NCBI GenBank assembly: GCA_963791045.1 | Contig: CAWBQK010000018.1 | Span: 134,405 to 198,404 of the forward strand | Source of the DNA: Candidatus Latescibacterota bacterium | GTDB lineage: Bacteria > Krumholzibacteriota > Krumholzibacteriia > WVZY01 | Direction: 5' to 3' | DNA: 64,000 bases | Part shown: positions 1-9,833 of the stretch, piece after piece | Layout of the letters: each line of letters starts with the position of its first letter | Position numbering within the stretch: the stretch's first letter is position 1 | Notes under the pieces: model-generated | The model's input: only the letters and a program-made list of their open reading frames with translations | What the model was told of the DNA's origin: nothing | The model's database searches: none | Translations under genes and position numbers: made by a program

Positions 1-61
1 TGAACGCGATGGCCGCTTGGGTTTCTTCTTGGGTTGGCTTGTCGTTTTGTGGGGCTTGACT

Positions 62-1506
62 CTAATCGAGTTCGTGGACGACGATCAGATTGTGCCGTGA
101 CACGCGTAGCCCGGTGCCCGCTATCATGACGATGCGGTCGCCGCCGCCGAGATACCCCGCCTCACGCGCACGTGCGACGACAAAATCAAGAATCCGTTCC
201 GGTTTATCGGTCGGGCTCCCCGCGAGCGGCTGAACTCCCCAATACAGACACATCTTCCTGAGTGTGGCCGGTGACTCGCTGACACCAACTGTCGGAATTT
301 TGAGACGCCTGTTGGAGACGGCCCGCGCCGTTGCGCCGCTCTTGCTTGCCACCACGATGACCTTGGCGTCGATCGATTCGGCGAGCTCGCCCGCCGCCCG
401 CACGACTCCGCGCGTTATATCCGGGACATCGGTTGTGCCGTCGCCGTCGCCGCCGCCGATGTCTTATAGGTTTCTTCGGTTGCCATCGCGATACGTGCCA
501 TCATCTCGACCGTCATCCGCGGATAGGCGCCGATTGCCGTTTCACCCGAGAGCATACATGCGTCCGCACCGTCGAGAATAGCGTTGGCCACGTCGGTCGC
601 CTCGGCGCGCGTCGGCACGCGGGAATGCTGCATGCTGTCGAGCATCTGTGTCGCGACGATGACCGGTTTATGAAAACGCCTGCACATGGAGATAATCTGT
701 TTCTGGACGACAGGCACCCGAGCGATATCGATTTCTACCCCGAGGTCGCCGCGCGCGATCATAATCCCATCGGCGGTTTTTACAATGGCGTCAAGATCGT
801 CGAGCGCCTCCGGTTTCTCGATTTTTGCGATAGCGTGCGTGTTCGCCCCTTCCGTCTCGATTAGTGTTTTGAGCTCCGCGACATCGCCCGCCGAACGAAC
901 AAAACTCAAACCGATATAATCAATGTCGTTCTGTGCCGCCCAGAGCGCGTGTTCGCGGTCCTGGCTCCCAAGCGTGGGAACACTCAATTTGAGTCCGGGG
1001 AGGTTGACACCCTGTCCGCTGCGGACGATCCCCGACTGGATCACCCGGCAGACGGCGGAATCTTTTTCCAGGCTTTCAACCTCGAGAACGACGGTCCCGT
1101 CGGCCAGCATCACCAGCCGCCCGACTTCCAGTTCGTCGATGAGTGGGGCATAGGTGGTCACGAGCTTTGCCGGATCGGACGACTCCTCGCCACGGACAAA
1201 ACGAATGATCGCGTCCGCCGCGCATTCGATCTTGCCGCCGGGTACGGCGCCGAGCCGGATCTTGGGTCCCGCGAGATCGACGAGTATGGCGATCTGACGC
1301 GCCGACTCGTCCGCGGCCTTCCTGATCATCGCCAGGTGATCTTCATGTTCGGCGCGGTTGCCGTGTGCCATGTTGATACGAAAAACGTTCACACCGGCGA
1401 GAATGAGCTCTTTGATTCCGTCGCCGTCTCCGCACGCTGGCCCGACGGTGGCGATGATTTTTGTGTGACGTAGACGCGCCGACGGCGAGAGTTTGTTTTC
1501 GGGCAT
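62..1506 (-). CDS. pyk: Pyruvate kinase, split by one frameshift near 437-459 in a GGC/GAC microsatellite
   Basis: ORF 415-1506 has TKIIATVGPA, IAKIEKPEA, MIARGDLGVE, ATQMLDSM, PTRAEATDVANA, MLSGETAIG. ORF 62-403 supplies the C-terminal domain (IVVASKSGATA, LYWGVQP). Confidence 0.93.
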
Positions 1507-1513
1507 AGGTCCT

Positions 1514-3052
1514 TTAACCTCGTTTCAAGTTTTCAAGAAGTTCGGGGAGGGATACGAGCGCAATTGTAGTCACCATGTCGCTCATTGCATATGGAATTAT
1601 GAGGGTGTCATTGTGGAGCATCGCTCCGCAGGTATAAGCGACGTTGGGTACGTACCCAACGCGCTCCTCTCCGGTCGGGACAATAAGCGGTTCTCGGGTC
1701 TGACCGATGAGCCGCGATGGATCGTCCCGGTCCAGCAATGCGGCGCCGATACAGTACTGCCGCATCGGGCCCACGCCATGTGTCAAAAGAAGCCACCCTT
1801 CGTCGGTTTCGATGGGAGACCCACAGTTGCCGATTATGACCATTTCCCACCAGTATTTCGGCGTCTGGACAAGCCGCCCCTCGTCCCACACCCTCACGTT
1901 ATCCGATTCGAGAATAAAGAGGTTCTCGCCGTCGAGACGGCCCGACATTACGTATTTGCCCCGGATTCTCTTTGGAAACAAGGCCATGCCCTTGTTCTTC
2001 GCATAGCGCCCATACATCGTTCGGATGTCGATTTTGTCCTGGGAGGCCGATAGCGCGAGTAGCGTCGGGAATGTAGCATAACCGTTGAAGGCCGTGTACG
2101 TGCCGTAAAGACATTCCGACCCATCGTCCTCGGTGAACCTGACCAGTCTTACGTCCTCGATCCCACGGCTTTCGTTCTCGGAAGACGGGAAAATAACGAT
2201 TTCGGACGCGTATACGTCGTCGGGGAGGAGAAGCTTATAGTTGGAACGGGCCAGGTAGAGCATGTTCTCCGCGCACTCCGCGGTGTCGGTCGCCGCGGGA
2301 CAGGAGGCGTTTTCATTTTCGATCTCGCTACTGAGTTCATCATAGGTGAACCGATCACCGAGTTTTGCGAGTACCTTTCTGGATACATCATTGATTGCGC
2401 CGATATCGGTCAGGGTTTTTGTAAAGGTTTCGGTGACGTACTCGAAATCATTCACTTTCTTTAGCGGACGGCTGACGGGGCTGTTCATCTCAACAATAAT
2501 GTGGTTGTCCGTATCGATTACGCCGCGGCGAAACACGATTGACGACACGTGTCCTTCGCCGGTCGCGCGCAAACTCATCAGAAACCGTGTCGAGCCGGCC
2601 GGCAAATCACCCTGGTCGAGCGCCTGGACCATCGACGGGTTGAACAGCGCCGCCGATTCGATCGCATACTCCATTGTAAAAAACGCACCGATCAGTAGCC
2701 GTTGTTTTGTCGTGATTTCAACGTTGAGTGGAACCGTGTGCCGGATGTGATCGTAGTGCTCCACCCACACATCGGCGATGTCAGGATGCTGCGTCCGGAA
2801 CTGCTTCTCGAGATCCAGAACTATAGCGGACACCTGTACTTCCGTCAGTGTCAGAACGCGCTCGATTGTCCGGCGTGCCCGCTTGTCGTCTCCCGGAGAA
2901 AAAAAGCGGGGAATCACCCGGGTCGGGTCGGGTTCAATCCGGATCGGGTGCCGCGTGACCTCAATCTTTGACTGTCTCACTTTTTGTCTCCCTCGCTGAA
3001 GCCCGGCGCTTGAATTTCGAGCTGCTTTTGGTTTCATCTTGTTGGCCTGCAA
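1514..3052 (-). CDS. Glycoside hydrolase family 130-like glycosidase/phosphorylase with N-terminal extension
   Basis: Motifs ESAALFNPS, SLRATGEGHVSSI, GIEDVRLVRF, YTAFNG, KNKGMALFP, IGNCGSPIET, HGVGPMRQY, GYVPNVAYTCG. Start uncertain (3052 TTG or 3037 ATG). Confidence 0.82.
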   Translation of the reverse strand: MQANKMKPKAARNSSAGLQRGRQKVRQSKIEVTRHPIRIEPDPTRVIPRFFSPGDDKRARRTIERVLTLTEVQVSAIVLDLEKQFRTQHPDIADVWVEHYDHIRHTVPLNVEITTKQRLLIGAFFTMEYAIESAALFNPSMVQALDQGDLPAGSTRFLMSLRATGEGHVSSIVFRRGVIDTDNHIIVEMNSPVSRPLKKVNDFEYVTETFTKTLTDIGAINDVSRKVLAKLGDRFTYDELSSEIENENASCPAATDTAECAENMLYLARSNYKLLLPDDVYASEIVIFPSSENESRGIEDVRLVRFTEDDGSECLYGTYTAFNGYATFPTLLALSASQDKIDIRTMYGRYAKNKGMALFPKRIRGKYVMSGRLDGENLFILESDNVRVWDEGRLVQTPKYWWEMVIIGNCGSPIETDEGWLLLTHGVGPMRQYCIGAALLDRDDPSRLIGQTREPLIVPTGEERVGYVPNVAYTCGAMLHNDTLIIPYAMSDMVTTIALVSLPELLENLKRG

Positions 3053-3303
3053 TCACTATAGGTATGGTTGCTCGGTCGCGCAAGCCCCGAGAAACGGCCC
3101 ACGGGCCGAACGGGGGCACTGGCAGCTGTTAACTCAATACAAAACATGGCATTGGAATTGCGTCATAAGAAAATGTGCTCAAAGACTAGACAGTTTCTGG
3201 CCATCCAGATCAAAGTTCGACCGTTCGGCGGGTGCTTTTTGTGAAAAGTGTCGCAAGGATTTGACACCAAAATCGGTCGAATTGAACAGTTTTAATCAGG
3301 CAC

Positions 3304-3333
3304 TTGACACGGCTGCACATCCGGTATTATAAA
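3304..3333 (+). promoter_or_regulatory. Putative sigma70 promoter for the GT4 gene
   Basis: TTGACA-N18-TATAAA in the AT-richer divergent intergenic region. Confidence 0.45.
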
Positions 3334-3511
3334 TAGAATATTGGGTGCGGTTGGGCGGTTTTCGAGTCGATTCCTTACTTCTTTTGCTCTTCATTCAGCC
3401 CCGGAAACATTTTCTTCGCCCGCTGCGCATCATGGCGCCCCGCCGGCTATCAGCCACCGAGGACCTCGCCCAAAGATTGTTCGCCGGATTCCGAACAGAA
3501 AGGAACCACCG

Positions 3512-4744
3512 GTGTTTGAAATCGGCGCGAAAAGCGACAAAATGAAGATGATAGGCGTCATCGGTAACTACCTTCCACGCCGTTGTGGGATCGCAACCTT
3601 TACATACGATTTAACCGAAGCGATGGTGCGTGAGGCGGATAGAGGGCAGCGCGTTCTCCTCGCGGCGATGAACGACTGCGTTGATGGGTACGCGTACCCC
3701 CCGCAGGTCGACATCGAAGTTCAACAAGACTCGACACATGAATATGTGCGGCTCGCTCATATGTTTAACTCGCGATGCCGTGTAGTCAATCTTCAGCATG
3801 AATTTGGTATATTCGGAGGGCCGGAGGGCGATAAGGTTCTGAAAATCCTCGATAATTTGCGCATACCACTTGTGGTTACATGTCATACCGTTCTCGGGGA
3901 ACCGACTCCGCAGCAGGAAAAGGTGTTCAAACGAATCGTCGATCGCGCGGACAAACTCGTCGTCATGAATTGCAAAGCGATAGAGTACCTGGAGAAAATT
4001 TACAAAGCGCGGCGCGAACAGATCGTCCACATTTGCCACGGTATTCACGACATGCCGTTTGTCGAACCACCATACGTGAAGGAATCGTTTGGTTTGAGCG
4101 GGCGTGTGCTTCTCACCTTCGGTTTGCTCCACCGGAACAAAGGGCTTGAGATCATGGTGGACGCCATGGCGCGGGTGGTTCGGTCGCGGCCGGATACGAC
4201 GTATGTGATTGCCGGACAAACCCATCCGGCCATCGTGCGGGAGGAAGGGGAAGCCTACCGGAGGAGTCTCGAAGCGCGGGCCGCCAGGCTTGGGGTCGAA
4301 AAGAACGTGTTGTTTCTGGACCATTTCGCCGATTTGTCAGATCTGATGCGTTACCTGTCCGAGACGGACATATTCGTGGCACCGTATCTGAATCTCGATC
4401 AGATGACGAGTGGCGCGCTTGCGTACGCCGTTGGTGCGGGAAAAGCGACGGTTGCGACGCCGTTTCTTCATGCCGAGGAACTGCTGGGAGGCGGCCGCGG
4501 AACCCTCGTCCCGGTGGGCGATTCGAATGCGCTGGCGGACGCCGTTATTGATCTGCTCGAAAACGAGGCTGCGATGGCGGAGATGCGCAGAAAGGCCTAT
4601 CAACATACGCGGAAAATGGTTTGGCAGGCAGTCGCCCGAGAGTATCTGGATCTCTTTGACCGCACGGCGACAGGCGCACAGGCGCACCTCTCGCTCGAGC
4701 CTCGCTTGTCGGTAACAACGGAACACCAGGCGCACGGCCTCTGA
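3512..4744 (+). CDS. Glycosyltransferase family 4 (GT-B)
   Basis: GNYLPRRCGIATFT, QHEFGIFGG, FGLLHRNKGLE, PYLNLDQMTSGALAYA. Start chosen at GTG 3512 after AAAGGAA; ATG 3542 is an alternative. Confidence 0.85.
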   Translation: MFEIGAKSDKMKMIGVIGNYLPRRCGIATFTYDLTEAMVREADRGQRVLLAAMNDCVDGYAYPPQVDIEVQQDSTHEYVRLAHMFNSRCRVVNLQHEFGIFGGPEGDKVLKILDNLRIPLVVTCHTVLGEPTPQQEKVFKRIVDRADKLVVMNCKAIEYLEKIYKARREQIVHICHGIHDMPFVEPPYVKESFGLSGRVLLTFGLLHRNKGLEIMVDAMARVVRSRPDTTYVIAGQTHPAIVREEGEAYRRSLEARAARLGVEKNVLFLDHFADLSDLMRYLSETDIFVAPYLNLDQMTSGALAYAVGAGKATVATPFLHAEELLGGGRGTLVPVGDSNALADAVIDLLENEAAMAEMRRKAYQHTRKMVWQAVAREYLDLFDRTATGAQAHLSLEPRLSVTTEHQAHGL

Positions 4745-4820
4745 CATAGAGCCGGATGTCATCCGGAAAACTTTGACGGGGAAGTGATCGCTGGATGGCG
4801 CGAAGTTCGGTGGAGTTCAA

Positions 4821-7800
4821 TCAGGAACGGGCGCCCAGTGATTTCTTCAAAATCGGGAATGTCGTATTCTCGTGAAAAACCGCGATCCTCTCGAGTTCCT
4901 TGAGGATCTCGGTTTTCTTTTCGCCGGACACACGATAACTCATGTCGACAATCTCCGACCCCTGGATCTCTTCGCCTCCGAGGAACGTGCCGCCCATGAC
5001 GAGCATGTAGTCGGGAAGCGAATCGATCCGGTTGGCCGCCGCCCACATCCTGCACCACGCCTGCGCGGTTGTTTTCTCGTCGTACCCGCCCCCACCGAGA
5101 AGCAGCAGATGGTTGCTGTATTCTCTGATCAGAGTGAGAGCGGTTTCCATACCGTTGTTGGTCAGGCTCAATTGGGCAAGCGGGTCCGCCTTGTGGGTGT
5201 CTGCTCCAATTACGGCGACAACGACGGATGGAGAAAACATCTCGACGGCGGGTGTAACGACACGTTTGAAGATTCGTTCGAAAGCTTCGTCATCCGTGTT
5301 TTCGGGGAGAGGGACGTTCACCGTGTAGCCCTGTCCGATGCCCTCGCCGATTTCGTTCTCGAAACCGGACCACGGGTAGAGTGTTTTGCCTGTTTGATGG
5401 AGCGACACGGTGAGCACCCGGTCGTCGTTGTAATAGGCGTCCTGGACGCCGTTCCCGTGGTGGGCGTCGATATCGATGTAGGCGACCCTGAAACCCTTCG
5501 CGAGAAACATGTCGATGGCGACGATGGCGTCGTTTACATAACAGAAACCCTCGGCATGTGTGCGGCTCGAATGGTGAAAACCACCGAGTGGGTTGAAAAC
5601 AATATTGGCGTTTTCCTTGGTGATTAGATCGACGCCGGTAATCGTCGCGGATGAATAAAGCAGGACGTAATCGAATATGCCTTTGAAGATGGGGCAATCC
5701 TCAACACCGAGATTGAAGTTAATAAACCTGTCCTGCCACTCGCCTGAATTCGCTTGCTCGAGCGCATCGATGAACTCCGGGGCGTGGGATTCGATAAGCC
5801 TCTGTTTTGAAATCATCATCGGCTCTTCGACCCGCATCCACGGTTCGTTCAGGTATCCCTGCTGATTAATAATCTTGAGAGACGTTCGTGCGCGCCCCGG
5901 ATTATACGGGTGCTCATCTCCGTATGAAAAGTCCGCGTAACGTCCCGAGTAAACGACGATGCTGTCCTTTGGTTTTTCAATGTCTCGCGTAGGGAAGCGC
6001 ACGGTAAATACGCACATCCCCGAGTCGTAGGACTTTTCGGATGTCGGCCAGGCTCTGTTGAGCAGCGCGATCGTTGAAGCGTTTTCCGGGATCACGTCGG
6101 AATAGACCCCCGTCAAACCCCTCGCATATGCGATCTTGTTGAGGTAATTGGCGAGAAAAGTCCCGATGCCGTGGCCGCGATAGTCCTCGCGGACGACGAT
6201 GTCGAACTCTCCCATATTGTTCGACGGATTGTAGGTGTACCGCCCCTCGGCGACAATCTCGGGATTCCGCGGCGATCCGACAAGACCGACAATCGCCATG
6301 TCCTGGCTGTAGTCGATCGAGGCGAGCTTTTGGGCGCTTTCGGTCGAGAGGGTTTTTATGGATCCGTGATAACGGAGACGAATTGTCTCCGGTGTCAGCG
6401 CGTAGAACAGCCGCTGCAGGCGGCGCGCATCGTCCGGTTTGATCGCGCGAAAGAAGAGTTCCGTTCCGTCGGGAAAGGTGTGGCTGAATTCATAATGGTG
6501 CGGATACACCCCTCCGCCCTCGGGCGGTAAGACGTGTCGCTCAGTGACATACTTGAGTCTCTTTGCCTCGTCGAGCAGTTGTTGCCGGAATTTTGGATGT
6601 GCAATCGATATCAATGCGATCGCGCGTTCGCGCACGGAACGCCCGTAAAGATTGGCCGATCCGTACTCGGTGACGACGTAGTCGACTTTCGCACGGTTGA
6701 AAGCAACTCCACGGCCGACGCTCGATGCAACAATCCTCGAATGCGCCCCGTCCGGTGTCGTCGAGGGGGTTGCCATTACGGTGAATCCGTTCGTCGAGCA
6801 GTGCGCCCCGTCGATAAAGTCCATACTGCTTGGAAGAGTCCGTTTGAGCGAAACATGCTCGGTGTCCGCCCTGGCCATTCCAGTCAATTCGATCTCCTGA
6901 ACCGAATGAATCGATACCATGTTTTCGTTCTGCGAGATCAGAGAGGGATTGCTCACCACATCGATTGGCAAAAGAGAGATATAGGGGTTGCTCGTCACAT
7001 CCCAGTAGAGTTTCTCCGATCCCATGACCATCGTGGCTACGGTTTTGCCCCTGTGTGTGGTTTTGTGTCGGTTCGTCACCGCGCCGGAATTGATAAGGCG
7101 CATTAGATCGTCGGTGATAATATCAGTGTGAATTCCGAGGTTCTTTCGTGTGTCCAGATACCTCATGGTCGAAGCGCCAATAGTCCCGCCACCAAAATGA
7201 AGTGTCATCCCATCGGTGATCAAGTTGGCGATGTAACGGCCGATGGTAAGAGAGACGGGGTCGAGTGCCGGAGACGGAACCGTGGCGAGCGGAGTATCGC
7301 CGACGACGAAGTAGTCAATTTTATCGGCGGGAATTATTGAATCCCCAAGGGTGGTCGGCATGTTCTTGTTGACCTGGGCGACAACGAGCCGGGCGTTGTC
7401 AACCGCCGCCTGTGTGGCGTCGACCGACACTCCGAGGCTGCACATCCCCAGCGAATCGGGGGGCGATACATGTATGAGTGCGACGTCGATCGGGACCACG
7501 CCGTCCGCGATTGCTTTCGGCAGTTCGCTGACGTTCATCGGGGTATAATCAGTAAGAGTACCTTTTTCGAACGAATCGCCGTGCCGTCCGACATAAAACG
7601 CGTTGTAACGAAAACTTCCCGTGAGCTCAGACCGGGCGAGTTTGGGCTCTTCGTCGGCGGTCGCAAGCTGGATGACTTCGAGGTCGTAGAACTGCCTGGC
7701 CATTTCATCGAGTGTGTCTGTCAAAAGCCGAGGCTCTCCGGCGCCGGATCCGACAAAGATAGTCTGGCCGTTACGAAGATGGGCGAGGGCGTCTTGCGCC

Positions 7801-7847
7801 GTTGCCACTTTGCCGGCAAATCTTTTTTGCCACGATGCGTTTGCCAT
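4821..7847 (-). CDS. Three-domain fusion: acetyl-CoA hydrolase/transferase-like + GNAT acetyltransferase + histone deacetylase family (AcuC-like)
   Basis: One uninterrupted ORF; ATG 7847 follows GGAG. N-terminal CoA-transferase fold (VSPPDSLGMCSLGVSVD, YVVTEYG, RERAIALISIAHPKFR), GNAT (VREDYRGHGIGT), HDAC (GGFHHS, GFCYVND, DIDAHHGNG, GADTHKADPL, GGGGY). Confidence 0.9.
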   Translation of the reverse strand: MANASWQKRFAGKVATAQDALAHLRNGQTIFVGSGAGEPRLLTDTLDEMARQFYDLEVIQLATADEEPKLARSELTGSFRYNAFYVGRHGDSFEKGTLTDYTPMNVSELPKAIADGVVPIDVALIHVSPPDSLGMCSLGVSVDATQAAVDNARLVVAQVNKNMPTTLGDSIIPADKIDYFVVGDTPLATVPSPALDPVSLTIGRYIANLITDGMTLHFGGGTIGASTMRYLDTRKNLGIHTDIITDDLMRLINSGAVTNRHKTTHRGKTVATMVMGSEKLYWDVTSNPYISLLPIDVVSNPSLISQNENMVSIHSVQEIELTGMARADTEHVSLKRTLPSSMDFIDGAHCSTNGFTVMATPSTTPDGAHSRIVASSVGRGVAFNRAKVDYVVTEYGSANLYGRSVRERAIALISIAHPKFRQQLLDEAKRLKYVTERHVLPPEGGGVYPHHYEFSHTFPDGTELFFRAIKPDDARRLQRLFYALTPETIRLRYHGSIKTLSTESAQKLASIDYSQDMAIVGLVGSPRNPEIVAEGRYTYNPSNNMGEFDIVVREDYRGHGIGTFLANYLNKIAYARGLTGVYSDVIPENASTIALLNRAWPTSEKSYDSGMCVFTVRFPTRDIEKPKDSIVVYSGRYADFSYGDEHPYNPGRARTSLKIINQQGYLNEPWMRVEEPMMISKQRLIESHAPEFIDALEQANSGEWQDRFINFNLGVEDCPIFKGIFDYVLLYSSATITGVDLITKENANIVFNPLGGFHHSSRTHAEGFCYVNDAIVAIDMFLAKGFRVAYIDIDAHHGNGVQDAYYNDDRVLTVSLHQTGKTLYPWSGFENEIGEGIGQGYTVNVPLPENTDDEAFERIFKRVVTPAVEMFSPSVVVAVIGADTHKADPLAQLSLTNNGMETALTLIREYSNHLLLLGGGGYDEKTTAQAWCRMWAAANRIDSLPDYMLVMGGTFLGGEEIQGSEIVDMSYRVSGEKKTEILKELERIAVFHENTTFPILKKSLGARS

Positions 7848-8069
7848 TAGATTCGTCTCCGTATTGCCCCGTCTGATGCCACCCGCGCCTATTGATTGGA
7901 TTCGGCATTCGATAATCGGTGTGGGAGTCAAGAGTAGGGGGAAATCGCGTAAACGTCAAGTGGCTATTGAGTTTGACGTGATTTTTGGCTTGGGATGAAA
8001 TGGTTGGTGGAGTACGATGGAATGGCCGCTTGTCGCACAATCCGACAAAACGAACCGGACACGGACATC

Positions 8070-8915
8070 ATGACATTGAGAAAGATGACAGCCGACGACA
8101 TAGAATTTGCCGCTGCAGTGGTTGCGGCGGAGGGGTGGCTTGGCGAGACGCCGGGTGTGTTCGAGGGCTTCGTCGAGCGGGACCCGGACGGCTGCCTGGT
8201 CGCCGCCTGTGATGAGCGTCCCGTTGGCATGTGCATTGCCACCGCGTACGGAGCGTGCGGATTTATCGGTGAACTTATTGTTGAAGAAAAGCTGCGAGGC
8301 CGAGGTTTCGGAAAGCAGCTGTTTGAGGCGGCGTTGGAATATCTCGATTTGTCGGGGGCGGGCGATGTCTATCTGGACGCCGACCCGTCCGCCGTTTCAT
8401 TTTACGAACGAAATGGATTTCGAAAGATTTGCCGTTCGTTGCGGTTTGTGGGCAAGATCGTGCCTCGCAAACATGCGTCTGTCAGACAGGCAACACAAGA
8501 CGACGTGGAAACGATTTTGATTCTCGACAAGAATCGTTTTGGCGCGGACAGATCGTTTTTTCTTAAGCGACGCCTTCGCGTATTTCCGGCGCTGTGTCAT
8601 GTTCTTGTCGTGGATGGCGAGCTCGCCGGATACATTATGGCGCAACCGGGAATCGGCGTGATTTCGGTCGGTCCCTGGCTGGTGCGCGGTGGGGATAAGC
8701 ACGCCGGGACGCTAATCGAGGCGCTGGCCTCAAAGACAAAAGACATTCCGCTGCGTATCGGAGTACTTGAATCCAACCAGAACGCCGTGGAACTGATCCG
8801 GTCGTTCAAAAAGTTTCAGGAGCACGCTCCGTGCTGGCGAATGGTTCGTGGAAATGGAGAAGGCCTTGGTTTCCACGACGATTTGTATGCGATCGGATCG
8901 GCGGCGAAGGGGTAA
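8070..8915 (+). CDS. GNAT family N-acetyltransferase (tandem GNAT fold)
   Basis: Motif A IVEEKLRGRGFGKQL, FYERNGF, followed by a second GNAT-like half. Confidence 0.85.
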   Translation: MTLRKMTADDIEFAAAVVAAEGWLGETPGVFEGFVERDPDGCLVAACDERPVGMCIATAYGACGFIGELIVEEKLRGRGFGKQLFEAALEYLDLSGAGDVYLDADPSAVSFYERNGFRKICRSLRFVGKIVPRKHASVRQATQDDVETILILDKNRFGADRSFFLKRRLRVFPALCHVLVVDGELAGYIMAQPGIGVISVGPWLVRGGDKHAGTLIEALASKTKDIPLRIGVLESNQNAVELIRSFKKFQEHAPCWRMVRGNGEGLGFHDDLYAIGSAAKG

Positions 8916-8990
8916 TTTTGATTTTGATCGCGAAGTATTGTTGTTCTGACGACAATAGATATCCCGCTGTTGCGGAGGAGGAGTCCGGAA

Positions 8991-9824
8991 ATGCCGACAA
9001 ATAGAATGATCGCGCTCGTTCAACAATCCGCCGATGAGGATCGTGAGGCGAACCGGCGGCGTGGACTTGAAGCGGTGAGAACGGCCGCGGGTCGGGGCGC
9101 CAATATTGTTTGTTTTTCCGAGTTGGCCTTCGAGAGGTTCTATCCGCAGGAACAAGCCACGGCCGAAACACTTGCTGTTGCCGAGCCGGTTCCCGGCGAG
9201 ACTACGGAAAGATTTACCGCTTTGGCCGCGGAACTCGGTGTGGTTATCGTGCTCAACCTTTTCGAACGAGATGGAGATTTTACATTCGATACGTCGCCGG
9301 TTATTGATGCGGACGGATCGATTCTCGGCAAGACGCGCATGGTCCACATAACAGATTACGAATGTTTTTATGAAAAAGGATATTACCGCCCGGGAGATCA
9401 CGGCGTGCCGGTATTCGATACGGCGTTTGGCCGGATCGGAGTGGCGATATGTTACGATCGACACTACCCCGAGTACATGCGCGCGTTGGCTTTAAATGGC
9501 GCGGAGATTGTGGTGGTGCCCCAGGCGGGTGCCGTGGGGGAATGGCCTGAAGGACTCTACGAAGCGGAGATGCGTGTCGCCGCGTTTCAAAACGGGTATT
9601 TTGCTGCTCTGTGCAACCGGGTTGGTCCTGAAGCGAAACTCACGTTCGCCGGGGAGTCCTTTATTTGCGATCCCGGCGGCGTTGTTTTTGCGCGTGCCGG
9701 AGAAGGAACCGAAGAAATTCTTTACGGAGAACTCGATCTCGAACGATGCGGCGAATCGCACGCGCGAAAATTGTTTCTGCGTGACAGGCGCCCTGAACTT
9801 TATTCCGAGTGGCTTTCAAAGTAG
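8991..9824 (+). CDS. Carbon-nitrogen hydrolase (nitrilase superfamily, N-carbamoylputrescine amidase-like)
   Basis: CFSELAF, EKGYYRPGD, GVAICYDRHYPE, CNRVG; GGAGGAG upstream of the ATG. Confidence 0.88.
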   Translation: MPTNRMIALVQQSADEDREANRRRGLEAVRTAAGRGANIVCFSELAFERFYPQEQATAETLAVAEPVPGETTERFTALAAELGVVIVLNLFERDGDFTFDTSPVIDADGSILGKTRMVHITDYECFYEKGYYRPGDHGVPVFDTAFGRIGVAICYDRHYPEYMRALALNGAEIVVVPQAGAVGEWPEGLYEAEMRVAAFQNGYFAALCNRVGPEAKLTFAGESFICDPGGVVFARAGEGTEEILYGELDLERCGESHARKLFLRDRRPELYSEWLSK

Positions 9825-9833
9825 ACGACGAAC

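Noticed and set aside
415-460. Programmed frameshift or phase variation in pyk
   Set aside because: The shift falls in a GGC/GAC low-complexity run and the window has many similar indels; error is more parsimonious.
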